Shown here piece after piece: positions 22,365-37,300 of a DNA stretch of 64,000 nucleotides; the first letter of the stretch is position 1, and each line of letters begins with the position of its first letter. The position numbers were made by a program, and so were the translations under genes. Source of the stretch: Squalus acanthias (lineage: Eukaryota); contig CM059452.1 of NCBI GenBank assembly GCA_030390025.1, positions 8,866,001 to 8,930,000 on the forward strand. Direction: 5' to 3'. Below the pieces are notes generated by a model, which searched no databases, was not told the origin of the DNA, and saw nothing but the letters and a program-made list of their open reading frames with translations.

Positions 22365-24462
22365 GTAACTCCCCTGGGAATGTTTGATGGGACAGTGTAG
22401 AGGGAGCTTTACTCTGTATCTAACCCGTGCTGTACCTGCCCTGGGAGTGTTTGATAGGACAGTGTAGAGGGAGCTTTACTCTGTATCTAACCCGTGCTGT
22501 ACCTGCCCTGGGAGTGTTTGATGGGACAGTGTAGAGGGAGCTTTACTCTGTATCTAACCCGTGCTGTACCTGCCCTGGGAGTGTTTGATAGGACAGTGTA
22601 GAGGGAGCTTTACTCTGTATCTAACCCGTGCTGTACCTGCCCTGGGAGTGTTTGATGGGACAGTGTAGAGGGAGCTTTACTCTGTATCTAACCCGTGCTG
22701 TACCTGCCCTGGGAGTGTTCGATGGGACAGTGTAGAGGGAGCTTTACTCTGAATCTAACCCGTGCTGTACCTGTCCTGGGAGTGTTTGATAGGACAGTGT
22801 GGAGGGAGCTTTACTCTGTATCTAAACCGTGCTGTACCTGCCCTGGGAGTGTTTGATGGGACAGGGTGGAGGGAGCTTTACTCTGTATCTAAACCGTGCT
22901 GTACCTGCCCTGGGAGTGTTTGATGTGACAGTGTGGAGGGAGCTTTACTCTGTATCTAACCCGTGCTGCAACTGCCCTGGGAGTGTTTGATGGGACAGTG
23001 TAGAGGGAGCTTTACTCCGTATATAACCCGAGCTGTACCTGCCCTGGGAATGTTTGATGGGACAGTGTAGAGGAGCTTTACTCTGTATCTAAACCGTGCT
23101 GTACCTGTCCTGGGAGTGTTTGATGGGACAGTGTAGAGGGAGTCTTGCTCCGTATCGAACCGAGCTGTACCTGCCCTGGGAATGTTTGATGGGACAGTGT
23201 AGAGAGAGCTTTACTGTGTATCTAACTCGTGCTGTATCTGCCCTGGGACTGTTTGATGGGACAGTGTAGAGAAAGCTTTACTCTGTACCTTACCCGTGCT
23301 GTACCTGACTTGGGAGTGTATGGTGCGAGAGTCTGGAGAGAGCTTTACTTTGTATCTAACCCCTGCTGTACCTGAACAAATAGTGTTTGATGGAGCACTG
23401 TCGAGGGAGCTTTACTCTGCATCTCACCTGTGTTGTGCCTGCCCTGGGAGTGTTTGATGGGACAGTGTAGAGGGAGCTTTACTTTGTATCTAACCCGTGC
23501 TGTACCTGAACAAATAGTGTTTGATGGGGCACTGTAGAGGGAGCTTTACTCTGCATCTCAGCTGTGTTGTGCCAGCCGTGGGAGTGTTTGAATGGACAGT
23601 GTAGAGGGAGCTTTACTCTGCATCTAACCCGTGCTGTTCCTGCGATGCGAGTGTTTGATGGGACAGTGCAGAGGGAGCTTTACTCTGTATCTAACCCATG
23701 CTGTACCTGCCGCGGGAGTGTTTGATGGGACAGTGTAGAGGGAGCTTTACTTTGTATCTAACCCGTGCTGTACCTGCCCTGGGAGTGTATGATGGGACAG
23801 TGTAGAGGGAGCTTTACTCTGTATCTGTCCCGTGCTGTACCTGCCCTGGGAGTGTGTGATGGGACAGTGTAGAGGGAGCTTTACTCTGTATCTAACCTAT
23901 GTTGATCCTGACTGGGAGTGTTTGATGGGACAGTGTAGAGGGAGCTTTACTCTGTACCTTACCCGTGCTGCACCTGCCTTGGGAGTGTATGATGGGAGAG
24001 TCTGGAGAGAGCTTTAGTTTGTGTCTAACCCGTGCTGTACCTGAACAAGTAGTGTTTGATCGGACAGTGTAGAGGGAGCTTTACTCTGTATCTAACCCGT
24101 GCTGTACCTGCCCTCGGAGTGTTTGATGGGACAGTGTAGATTGAGTTTTACTCTGTTTCTGTCCCGTGCTGTACCTGCCCTGGGAGTGTTTGATGGGACA
24201 GTGTAGAGGGAGCTTTACTCTGTATCTAACCCGTGCTGTACCTGCCCTGGGAGTGTTTGATGGGACAGTGTAGAGGGAGCTTTACTCTGTATCTAACCCG
24301 TGCTGTACCTGCCTTGGGCGTGTTTGATGGGACAGTGTAGAGGGAGCTTTACTCTGTATCTAACCCGTGCTGTACCTGCCCTGGGAGTGTTTGATGGGAC
24401 AGTGTTGAGGGAGCTTTACTCTGTATCTAACCTATGTTGATCCTGACTGGGAGTGTCTGATG
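22365..24462 (+). repeat. 67-bp minisatellite (about 31 copies)
   Basis: Same unit as 9270-9785; period 67 (22441, 22508 ...). Confidence 0.97.
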
Positions 24463-26930
24463 CGCAATATTGCTAAAAAAATTACCTTGATGAGGAATAT
24501 ATATAGTTTTGATTCAACATTCAGATTTCAGATTAATCCTCAGCAGCAAATTATGAATCATCTTTGATTCATGGAGTTACTGAATAATGATTGATCTCCA
24601 TTTTTACGAAATTAACAATCTAAAATTTCCAAAAGTAGAATTATTAACGTGAAGTTCATCTAGTTTATGCAAATGAACAAGTATTGTGATAGTGACTTGG
24701 CAAAGCAGAAAACTGAGACATGAAATCTCAGCATTAATATCAAATAGCAACGATAGTAAAAGCAAAGCAATAAAATGGCAGCAGTTGCATTAATAATAAC
24801 AAAATAATCACGATAATAAACTGGTATATTAATAATCCTGTATTGTCACATAGCAGTATTCATTAATAAATTGAGAATCAATGTTTCACAGACAGGAGTG
24901 AGAAGTCGCACAACACCAGGTTATTGTCCAACAGTTTTATTTGAAATCACAGACAGGATGCCAGGTACCTCCTTTCGCCACTGGATGTCGCTACAGCATC
25001 TCATCTTTGGCCAACAATTACAGAGCCGTCAGTTTAACGGTTTCACATGTGACAGCTGGGGATTCCAGGAAATACTTCTGTGTCTTAACACCGCACTAGG
25101 CGGTGTATTTAGGGCAAGAGCCACACATAAACAGCAGGTGTTACGGCACGGGAGACTGACAGCGATCTCTCGCTGTCACTGTATTTCATGGCCTAAAGTC
25201 ACTGTGAGGTCCGATGAGGGAGGATCACAATTCCTCAATCCAAAATATTTCGTCAGTGTGTCATAAACAGACAGTTCCGTAGATCATACACTGGGTCCTC
25301 TCTCAGTTATTACTGCACTACATTATGTCTCTGTTTATATTACACGAGGCCCTGTCTCTGTTTAAATTACACTAGAACCTGTCTCTGTTTATATTACACT
25401 AGACCCTGTCTCTGTTTATATTACACTAGATCCTGTCTCTGTTTATATTACACTGGACCCTGTCTCTGTTTATATTACACTAGAACCTGTCTCTGTTTAT
25501 ATTACACTGGAACCTGTCTCTGTTTATATTGCACTAGACCCTGTCTCTGTTATTGCTGCACTGGACCCTGACTCTGTTTACAATACATTAGATTCTGTCT
25601 CTGTTATTACTGCACTAGACCCTGTCTCTGTTTATATTAGACTAGACCGTGTCTCTGTTTAGATTACACTAGGCCCTGTCTCTCTTTATATTACACTAGG
25701 ACCTGTCTTTATTATATTAGGTTAGCACTGTCTTAATTATTACTGCACTAGACCATGTCTATCTTTATATTACAATAGGCCCCATCTCAGTTATTACTGC
25801 AGTAGTCTCTGTCTCTGTTTATATTACACTATCTCCTGTCACATTTATTACTCCACTGGGCCATATCTGTATTTGTATTACACTAGACACTGTCTCAGTT
25901 ATTACTGCACTAGGCCCTGTCTCTGGTTATATTACACTTGGCCCCGATCTCAGTTATTCTTGCACTAGTCCCTGCCTCGGTGTGTGTTACACTGGGCCCT
26001 GTCGCAATTATTAATGCACCAGGGCATGACCACTTATAATACACTCGCCCCTGTCTCAGTTTTAACTGGACTAAACACTGTCTCCGTATAAATAACACTA
26101 GGCCCTGTCTCAATTATTACTGAACTGACCCTGATTCCGTTTATTTTACACTAGGACCTGCCTCTTTCTATATTACACTAGACCCTGTCTCTGTTTATAT
26201 TACACTCGACCCTGTCTCAGTTGTTACTGCACTAGATGCTGCCTCTGTCTATATTACACAAGGCCCTGTCTCAGATTATATTACACTAGACCATGCCTCA
26301 GTTATATTACACGGGACACTATCTCAGTTTATATTACACTAGACACTGTCACTGTTTATATTACACTAGACCCTGTCTCAGTTTATATTACACCAGACCC
26401 TGTCTCTCTTTATATTACACTAGACCCAGTCTCTGTTTCTATTACACTAGACCCTGTCTCTGTTTATGTTAAACTAGACACTGTCACTGTTTGTATTACA
26501 CTAGACCGTGTCTCTGTTTATATTAAACTAGACACTGTCACTGTTTGTATTACACTAGACCCTGTCTCTGTTTCTATTACACTAGACCCTGTCTCTGTTT
26601 ATATTGCACTAGACCCAGTCTCTGTTTATATTACACTAGACCCTGTCTCTGTTTATATTACACTAGGCCCTGTCTCTGTTTATATTACACTGGACCCTGT
26701 CTCTGTTTACATTACACTAGACCCTGTCTCTGTTTATATTACACGAGACCCTGTCTCTGTTTATATTACACTAGACCCTGTTTCTGTTTCTATTACACCA
26801 GACACTGTCTCTGTTTATATTACACTAGACCATGTCTCTGTTTATATTACACTAGGCCCTGTCTCTGTTTATTTTACACGAGACCCTGTCTCTATTTATG
26901 TTACACTAGACCCTGTCTCTGTTTATATTA

Positions 26931-27447
26931 AAATGAGAAGTCGCACAACACCAGGTTAGAGTCCAACAGATTTATTTAAAATTACAAGCTTTCGGAGCTG
27001 TCGCCCCTTCATCAGGTAAAGGTACAATGAGTGAATCTACAATATTACACAGTATATAAACACAGAAACTGCAGAGATACAATCTTTCAGGGAGGCCTTA
27101 CATCAAAGACACACCAGAGCACAGCCAAGACAATGAGATGAGTCACAGGGGGTCCAACGTGTCAAATCCTGCTGTCTGCAGTTGAGCTTTTAACCCTTTT
27201 TTTTGGGGGGGGGGTTGTTTTTTTGTGTTTTTTTTTAAAAACTGGAAAGACAGACAACGATGTCGAGTCACGTTCTGTAGCGTGACATGAACCCGATATC
27301 CCTATTGAGGCCGTCCTCATGGGTGCGGAACTTGGCTATCAGTTTCTGCTCGATGATTTTGCGTTGTCGTGTGTCTCGAAGGCCGCCTTGGAGAACGCAA
27401 ACCCGCAGAACCGAGGCTGAATGTCCTTGACTGCTGAAGTGTTCCCC
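26931..27447 (-). mobile_element. Penelope-like element 3' fragment
   Basis: GIY-YIG C-terminus (EQKLIAKFRTHEDGLNRD) on minus strand plus pLTR; flanking repeat ctgtttatatta. Confidence 0.85.
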
Positions 27448-29404
27448 TGTTTATATTAGACTAGACCGTGTCTCTGTTTATATTACACTAGGCATTGTCT
27501 CTCTTTATATTACACTAGGACCTGTCTCTGCTTATATTACACTAGGACCTGTTTTTTTAATATTATGTTAGGCACTGTCTTAGTTATTACTGCACTAGAC
27601 CATGTCTCTGTTTATATCACAATAGGCCCTATCTCAGTTATTACTGCAGTAGTCTCTGTCTCTGTTTATATTACACTACATCCTGTCACATTTATTACTC
27701 CACTGGACCATATCTGTATTTGTATTACACTAGACACTGTCTCAGTTATTACTGCACTGGACCCTGTCTCTGTTTATATTGTGCTAAGCACGGTGCCAGT
27801 TATTACTGCACTAGGCCCTGTCTCTGGTTATATTACACTTGGCTCCAATCTCAGTTATTATTGCACTAGGCCCTGCCTCGGTTTGTGTTACACTAGGCCC
27901 TGTCCCAATTATTAATGCAACAGGGCATGACCACTTATAATACACTCGCCCCTGTCTCAGTTATAACTGGACTAAACACTGTCTCCGTTTAAATAACACT
28001 AGGCCCTGTCTCAATTATTACTGAACTAGACCCTGATTCCGTTTATTTTACACTAGGACCTGCCTCTTTCTATATTACACTAGACCCTGTCTCTGTTTAT
28101 ATTACACTAGACCCTGTCTCAGTTGTTACTGCACTAGATGATGCCTCTGTCTATATTACACAAGGCCCTGTCTCAGTTTATATTACACGAGACCATGTCT
28201 CAGTTTATATTACACTAGACACTGTCTCAGTTTATTTTACACTAGAGACTGTCACTGTTTATATTACACTAGACCCTGTCTCTGTTTATATTACACCAGC
28301 CCCTGTCTCTGTTTATATTACACTAGACCCAGTCTCAGTTTATATTACACTGGACCCTGCCTCAGTTTATATTACACTAGACACTGTCACGGTGTATATT
28401 AAACTAGACCCTGTCTCTATTTATATTACACTAGAATCTGTCCCTGTTTATATTACACTAGGCCCTGTATTAGTTTATATTACACGAGACCCTGTCTCTG
28501 TTCATATTACACGAGACCCTGTCTATGTTTATATTACACCAGACACTGTCTCTGTTTATATTACACTAGACGTTTTCTCTGTTTATATTACACTAGACCA
28601 TGTCTCTGTTTATATTACATTAGAGCCTGTCTCAGTTTATAATACACTAGGCCCTGTCTCAATTAATACTCCACTAGACCGTGTTTCTGTTTATAGTACT
28701 CCAGACCGAGTCTCATTTATTGCTGCACTGGACCCTGACTCTGTTTATATTACATTCGATTCTGTCTCTGTTATTACTGCCCAAGACCCTGTCACTGTTT
28801 ATATTACACTAGGCGCTGTCACTGATATTGCTGCACTAGACCCTGTCCTTTTTATATAATACTAATTCCTGTCTCAGTTATTACTACACTAGACCCTGTC
28901 TCTATTTATATTACAATAGACCCTGTCTCTGATTATATTACACTGGACCATGTCTCTATTAATATTACAATAGACCCTGTCTCTGATTATATTACACTGG
29001 ACCATGTCTCTGTTTATATTACAGTCGGCCCTGTCTCTGTTTATTTTCCACTAGGCCCTGTCTCTGTTTATATTACACTAGACCCTGTCTCTGTTTATAT
29101 TACACCAGACATTGTCTCAGTGTATATTACACTAGACCCTGTCTCTGTTTATATTGCACTAGACCCTGTCTCTGTTTATATTACACTAGACCCAGTCTCT
29201 GTTTAAATTACACCAGACATTGTCTCAGTGTATATTACATCAGACCCTTTCTCTGTTTATATTACATTAGACCCTTTCTCTGTTTATATTACACTAGACC
29301 ATGACTCTGTTTATATTACATTAGACCCTGTCTCAGTTTATAATACACAAGTCCCTGTCTCAGTTATCACTGCACAAGACCATGTCTCTGTTTATATTAC
29401 ATTG

Positions 29405-30217
29405 GCCGCCTAACCTCAAAAGTACCATCGTTCGAAGCAGATTACCCATCTTTCAGGAGAACAGCAACCAAGACACCACACAACCCTGCCACGGCAACCT
29501 CTGCAAGACATGCCAAATCATGGACACAGATATCATCATCACACGTGAGGACACTACCCACCAGGTACACGGTACATACTCATGTGACTCGGCCAACGTT
29601 GTCTACCTGATACGTTGCAGTAAAGGATGCTCCAGAGCATGGTACATAGGCGAGACCATGCAGACACTGAGACAACGTATGAACGGACACCGCGCAACAA
29701 TCGCCAGGCAGGAGGGTTGCCTCCCAGTCGGGGAACACTACAGCAGCCAGGGGCATTCAGCCTCAGATCTGCGGGTAAGCGTTCTCCAAGGCGGCCTTCG
29801 AGATACACGACAGCGCAAAATCATAGAGCAGAAACTGATAGCCAAGTTCCGCACTCATGAGGATGGCCTCAATCGCGATATCGGGTTCATGTCACGATAC
29901 AGAACGTGACTTGACATCATGGCCGGTCTTCCCAGGTGTTTTTTTTTAAAAAGACTAACACAAGAACCTACACAAATTGACAGAATATGCAGCCAGCAGG
30001 TGGTTTGACAGGTTGGACCCCCTGGGACACATCTCATTGTCTTGGCTGTGCTCTTTGATGTAGGGAAAGATTTGAATATATTTTGTCTGTGTTTAAATTG
30101 TGAATTGTGGGAGATTCTCTCACTGCTAACTTACCTGACGAAGGAGCGAACTGCTCCGAAAGCTTGAAAAATTAAATAAATCTGTTGGACTATAACCTGG
30201 TGTTGTGCGACTTCTCA
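29405..30217 (+). mobile_element. Penelope-like element, 5'-truncated (GIY-YIG endonuclease plus pLTR)
   Basis: CKTC..NVVYLIRC..WYIGET..LRQRMNGH..VGEH..GLN. Confidence 0.92.
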
Positions 30218-31602
30218 GTTATTATTGCACTAGACCCTGTCTCCATTTGTGTTACACTAGGCCCTTTATCAAATTTTAATGCACCAGGGCATGTCCCTTT
30301 ATATTACACTAGGCCACGTCTCAGTTATAACTGCATTAGGCACTGTCTCCGTGTATATAACTTTAGGCCCTGTCTCATTCATTACTGCACTAGACCGTGT
30401 CTCTGTTTATATTACTCCAGACCGAGTCCCATTTATTGCTGCACTGGACCCTGTCTCTGTTTATATTAGAGTAGACCCTGTCTCAGTTTATATTACACTA
30501 GACCCTGTCTCATTATATATTACACTAGACCCTGTCTCTGTTTATATTACACTGGACCCTGTCGCTGTTTATATTATCCGAGGCCCTGTCTCTGTTTATA
30601 TTACACTAGACCCTGTCTCTGTTTATATTACACTAGACCCTGTCTCAGTTTATATTACACTAGACCCTGTCTCATTATATATTACACTAGACCCTGTCTC
30701 TGTTTATATTACACTGGACCGTGTCGCTGTTTATATTATCCGAGGCCCTGTCTCTGTTCATATTACACTAGACCCTGTCTCTGTTTATATTACACTAGAC
30801 CCTGTCTCTGTTTATTTTACACTCGACCCTGCCTCTGCCTATATTACACTACATATTGTCGCTCTTTATGTTACACTCGGCCCTGTATCTCTTTATATTA
30901 CACTAGGCCACGTCTCAGTTATAACTGCATTAGGCACTGTCTCCGTGTATATAACTTTAGGCCCTGTCTCATTCATTACTGCACTAGACCGTGTCTCTGT
31001 TTATATTACTCCAGACCGAGTCCCATTTATTGCTGCACTGGACCCTGTCTCTGTTTATATTAGAGTAGACCCTGTCTCAGTTTATATTACACTAGACCCT
31101 GTCTCATTATATATTACACTAGACCCTGTCTCTGTTTATATTACACTGGACCCTGTCGCTGTTTATATTATCCGAGGCCCTGTCTCTGTTTATATTACAC
31201 TAGACCCTGTCTCTGTTTATATTACACTAGACCCTGTCTCAGTTTATATTACACTAGACCCTGTCTCATTATATATTACACTAGACCCTGTCTCTGTTTA
31301 TATTACACTGGACCGTGTCGCTGTTTATATTATCCGAGGCCCTGTCTCTGTTCATATTACACTAGACCCTGTCTCTGTTTATATTACACTAGACCCTGTC
31401 TCTGTTTATTTTACACTCGACCCTGCCTCTGCCTATATTACACTACATATTGTCGCTCTTTATGTTACACTCGGCCCTGTATCTCTTTATATTACACTAG
31501 ACCCTGTCTCTGTTTATATTACACTGCACCTTGTCTCTCTTTATGTTACACTAGACCCTGTCTCTCTTTATATTACACTAGACCCTGTCTCTGTTTATCT
31601 TG

Positions 31603-31948
31603 TGGAGATGCCGGCGTTGGACTGGGGTGGACAAAAATGAGAAGTCGCACAACACCAGGTTATAGTCCAACAGATTTATTTAAAATTACAAGCTTTCGGA
31701 GAGGATATGCAGCCAGCAGGTGTTTTGACACCTTGGACACCCTGGGACACATCTCATTGTCTTGGCTGTGCTCTTAGTGTGTCTTTGATGTAGGGAAAGA
31801 TTTGAATACATTTTTCTGTGTTTATATTGTGAATTCTGGGAGATTCTCTCACAGCTACTCTACCTGAGGAAGGGGCGACAGCTCCGAAAGCTTGTAATTT
31901 TAAATAAATCTGTTGGACTATAACCTGGTGTTGTGCGACTTCTCATTT
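31603..31948. mobile_element. Penelope-derived fold-back element
   Basis: 67-bp perfect inverted arms 31635-31701 and 31882-31948; flanking direct repeat ctgtttatcttg. Confidence 0.85.
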
Positions 31949-32398
31949 CTGTTTATCTTGCACTTGATCCTGTCTCTGCTTATGTTACACTCGACCCTGT
32001 CTCTGTTTATTTTACACTAGACCCTGACTCTGTTTATATTACACTGGAACTTCTCTCTGTTTATATTACACTAGACCCTGTCTCTGTTTATGTTACACCA
32101 GACCCTGTCTCTGCTTATATTACACTAGACCCTGTCTCTGTTTATGTTACACTAGACCCTGTCTCTGTTTATATTACACTAGACCCTGTCACTGCTTATG
32201 TTACACTAGACCCTGTCTCTGTTTATATTACAACTAGACCATGTCTCTGTTTATATTGCACTTGACTCTGTCTCTGATTATTTTACACTCGACCCTGTCT
32301 CTGTTTATTTTACACTAGACCCTGTCTCTTTTGATATTGCACTGCATCCTTTCTCTGTTTATGTTGCACTAGACCCTGTCTCTGTTTATATTACATTG

Positions 32399-33211
32399 GC
32401 CGCCTAACCTCAAAAGTACCATCGTTCGAAGCAGATTACCCATCTTTCAGGAGAACAGCAACCAAGACACCACACAACCCTGCCACGGCAACCTCTGCAA
32501 GACATGCCAAATCATGGACACAGATATCATCATCACACGTGAGGACACTACCCACCAGGTACACGGTACATACTCATGTGACTCGGCCAACGTTGTCTAC
32601 CTGATACGTTGCAGTAAAGGATGCTCCAGAGCATGGTACATCGGCGAGACCATGCAGACACTGAGACAACGTATGAACGGACACCGCGCAACAATCGCCA
32701 GGCAGGAGGGTTGCCTCCCAGTCGGGGAACACTTCAGCAGCCAGGGGCATTCAGCCTCAGATCTGCGGGTAAGCGTTTTCCAAGGCGGCCTTCGAGATAC
32801 ACGACAGCGCAAAATCATAGAGCAGAAACTGATAGCCAAGTTCCGCACTCATGAGGATGGCCTCAATCGCGATATCGGGTTCATGTCACGATACAGAACG
32901 TGACTTGACATCATGGCCGGTCTTCCCAGGTGTTTTTTTTTAAAAAGACTAACACAAGAACCTACACAAATTGACAGAATATGCAGCCAGCAGGTGGTTT
33001 GACAGGTTGGACCCCCTGGGACACATCTCATTGTCTTGGCTGTGCTCTTTGATGTAGGGAAAGATTTGAATATATTTTGTCTGTGTTTAAATTGTGAATT
33101 GTGGGAGATTCTCTCACTGCTAACTTACCTGACGAAGGAGCGAACTGCTCCGAAAGCTTGTAAAATTAAATAAATCTGTTGGACTATAACCTGGTGTTGT
33201 GCGACTTCTCA
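32399..33211 (+). mobile_element. Duplicate of the Penelope-like element at 29405
   Basis: Near-identical copy at offset 2994 with the same junctions. Confidence 0.92.
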
Positions 33212-33975
33212 GTTATTATTGCACTAGACCCTGTCTCCATTTGTGTTACACTAGGCCCTTTATCAAATTTTAATGCACCAGGGCATGTCCCTTTATATTA
33301 CACTAGGCCACGTCTCAGTTATAACTGCACTAGGCACTGTCTCCGTGTATATAACTTTAGGCCCTGTCTCATTCATTACTGCACTAGACCGTGTCTCTGT
33401 TTATATTACTCCAGACCGAGTCTCATTTATTGCTGCACTGGACCCTGTCTCTGTTTATATTAGAGTAGACCCTGTCTCAGTTTATATTAAACTAGACCCT
33501 GTCTCATTATATATTACACTAGACCCTGTCTCTGTTTATATTACACTGGTCCCTGTCGCTGTTAAAATTATCCTAGGCCCTGTCTCTGTTTATATTACAC
33601 TAGACCCTGTCTCTGTTTATATTACACTACACCCTGTCTCTGTTTATATTACACTAGACACTGTCTCTGTTTATATTACACTATACCTTGTCTCTCTTTA
33701 TGTTACACTTGGTCCTATCTCTCTTTATATTACTCTAGACCCTGTCTCTGTTTATATTGCACTCGGCCCTGTCTCTGTTTATTTTACACTAGACCCTGCC
33801 CCTGCCTATATTCCACTACATATTGTCGCTCTTTATGTTACACTCGGCCCTGTATCTCTTTATATTACACTAGACCCTGTCTCTGTTTATATTACACTGC
33901 ACCTTGTCTCTCTTTATGTTACACTAGACCCTGTCTCTCTTTATATTACACCAGACCCTGTCTCTGTTTATCTTG

Positions 33976-34322
33976 TGGAGATGCCGGCGTTGGACTGGGG
34001 TGGACAAAAATGAGAAGTCGCACAACACCAGGTTATAGTCCAACAGATTTATTTAAAATTACAAGCTTTCGGAGAGGATATGCAGCCAGCAGGTGTTTTG
34101 ACACCTTGGACACCATGGGACACATCTCATTGTCTTGGCTGTGCTCTTAGTGTGTCTTTGATGTAGGGAAAGATTTGAATACATTTTTTCTGTGTTTATA
34201 TTGTGAATTCTGGGAGATTCTCTCACAGCTACTCTACCTGAGGAAGGGGCGACAGCTCCGAAAGCTTGTAATTTTAAATAAATCTGTTGGACTATAACCT
34301 GGTGTTGTGCGACTTCTCATTT
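33976..34322. mobile_element. Duplicate Penelope-derived fold-back element
   Basis: Near-identical to 31603-31948, same flanks. Confidence 0.85.
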
Positions 34323-37300
34323 CTGTTTATCTTGCACTTGATCCTGTCTCTGTTTATGTTACACTCGACCCTGTCTCTGTTTATTTTACACTAGACCCTG
34401 ACTCTGTTTATATTACACTGGAACTTCTCTCTGTTTATATTACACTAGACCCTGTCTCTGTTTATGTTACACCAGACCCTGTCTCTGCTTATATTACACT
34501 AGACCCTGTCTCTGTTTATGTTACACTAGACCCTGTCTCTGTTTATATTACACTAGACCCTGTCACTGCTTATGTTACACTAGACCCTGTCTCTGTTTAT
34601 ATTACAACTAGACCATGTCTCTGTTTATATTACACTTGACCCTGTCTCTGATTATGTTACACTCGACCCTGTCTCTGTTTATTTTACACTAGACCCTGTC
34701 TCTGTTGATATTGCACTGCACCCTTTCTCTGTTTATATTGCACTAGACCCTGTCTCTGTTTATGTTACACTAGACCCTGTCTATGTTTATGTTACACTAG
34801 ACCCTGTCTCTGTTTATATTACACTAGACCCTGTCTCTGTTTATGTTACACTAGACCCTGTCTCTGTTTATATTACACTAGACCCTGTCTCTGTTTATGT
34901 TACACTAGACCCTGTCTCTGTTTATATTACACTAGACCCTGTCTCTGTTTATATTACACTAGACCATGTCTCTGTTTATATTACACTAGACCTGTCTCTG
35001 TTTATATTACACTAGACCCTGTCTCTGTTTATATTACACTAGACCCTGTCTCTGTTTATATTACACTAGACCCTGTCTCTGTTTATATTACACTAGACCC
35101 TGTCTCTGTTTATGTTACACTAGACCCTGTCTCTGTTTATATTACACTAGACCCTGTCTCTGTTTATATTACACTAGACACTGTCTCTGTTTATATTACA
35201 CTAGACCCTGTCTCTGTTTATATTACACTAGACCCTGTCTCTGTTTATATTACACTAGACCCTGTCTCTGTTTATATTACACTCGACCCTGTCTCTGTTT
35301 ATTTTACACTAGACCCTGTCTCTGTTTATATTACACTACACCTGTCTCTGTTTATATTACACTAGACCCTGTCTCTGTTTTATTACACTAGACCCTGTCT
35401 CTGTTTATATTACACTGACCCTGTCTCTGTTTATATTACACTAGACCCTGTCTCTGTTTATATTACACTAGACCCTGTCTCTGTTTATATTACACTAGAC
35501 CCTGTCTCTGTTTATGTTACACTAGACCCTGTCTCTGTTTATATTACACTAGACCCTGTCTCTGTTTATATTACACTAGACCCTGTCTCTGTTTATATTA
35601 CACTAGACCCTGTCTCTGTTTATGTTACACTAGACCCTGTCTCTGTTTATATTACACTAGACCCTGTCTCTGTTTATATTACACTTGACCCTGTCTCTGT
35701 TTATATTACACTCGACCCTGTCTCTGTTTATTTTACACTAGACCCTGTCTCTGTTTATATTACACTGACCCTGTCTCTGTTTATGTTACACTAGACCCTG
35801 TCTCTGTTTATGTTACACTAGACCCTGTCTCTGTTTATGTTACACTAGACCCTGTCTCTGTTTATATTACACTAGACCCTGTCTCTGTTTATGTTACACT
35901 AGACCCTGTCTCTGTTTATATTACACTAGACCCTGTCTCTGTTTAAGTTACACTAGACCCTGTCTCTGTTTATATTACACTAGACCCTGTCTCTGTTTAT
36001 ATTACACTAGACCCTGTCTCTGTTTATATTACACTAGACCCTGTCTCTGTTTATATTACACTAGACCCTGTCTCTGTTTATATTACACTAGACCCTGTCT
36101 CTGTTTATATTACACTAGACCCTGTCTCTGTTTATATTACACTAGACCCTGTCTCTGTTTATATTACACTAGACCCTGTCTCTGTTTATATTACACTAGA
36201 CCCTGTCTCTGTTTATGTTACACTAGACCCTGTCTCTGTTTATATTACACTAGACCCTGTCTCTGTTTATATTACACTAGACCCTGTCTCTGTTTATATT
36301 ACACTAGACCCTGTCTCTGTTTATATTACACTAGACCCTGTCTCTGTTTATATTACACTAGACCCTGTCTCTGTTTATATTACACTAGACCCTGTCTCTG
36401 TTTATATTACACTAGACCCTGTCTCTGTTTATATTACACTAGACCCTGTCTCTGTTTATATTACACTAGACCCTGTCTCTGTTTATATTACACTAGACCC
36501 TGTCTCTGTTTATATTACACTAGACCTTGACTCTGTTTATGTTACACTAGACCCTTTCTCAGTTTACATTACACTAGTCCCTGTCTCTGTTTATGTTACA
36601 CTAGACCATGTCTCTGTTTAAATTACACTACACCCTGTCTCTGTTTATATTACACTAGACACTGTCTCTGTTCACATTACACTATACCTTGTCTCTCTTT
36701 ATATTACACTAGGCCCTATCTCTCATTATATTACTCTATAACCTGTCTCTGTTTATATTGCACTCGGCCCTGTCTCTGTTTATTTTACACTAGACCCTGC
36801 CTCTGCTATATTACACTACACATTGTCGCTCTTTATGTTACACTCGGCCCTGTATCTCTTTTTATTACACTAGACCCTATCTCTGTTTATATTACACTGC
36901 ACCTTGTCTCTCTTTATGTTACACTAGACCCTGTCTCTCTTTATATTACACGAGACCCTGTCTCTGTTTATCTTGCACTAGATCCTGTCTCTGTTTATGT
37001 TACACTCGACCCTGTCTCTGTTTATTTTACACTAGACACTGACTCTGTTTATATTACACTGGAACTTCTCTCTGCTTATATTACACTTGACCCTGTCTCT
37101 GTTTATGTTACACCAGACCCTGTCTCTGCTTATATTACACTAGACCCTGTCTCTGTTTATGTTACACTTGACCCTGTCTCTGATTATTTTACACTCGACC
37201 CTGTCTCTGTTTATTTTACACTAGACCCTGTCTCTTTTGATATTGCACTGCATCCTTTCTCTGTTTATGTTGCACTAGACCCTGTCTCTGTTTATGTTAC

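Noticed and set aside
22365-24462. GACAGTG in each 67-bp unit as a second RSS array
   Set aside because: Lacks the invariant CAC and has no nonamer at 12 or 23 spacing; the same repeat occurs at 9.3 kb away from any V end.
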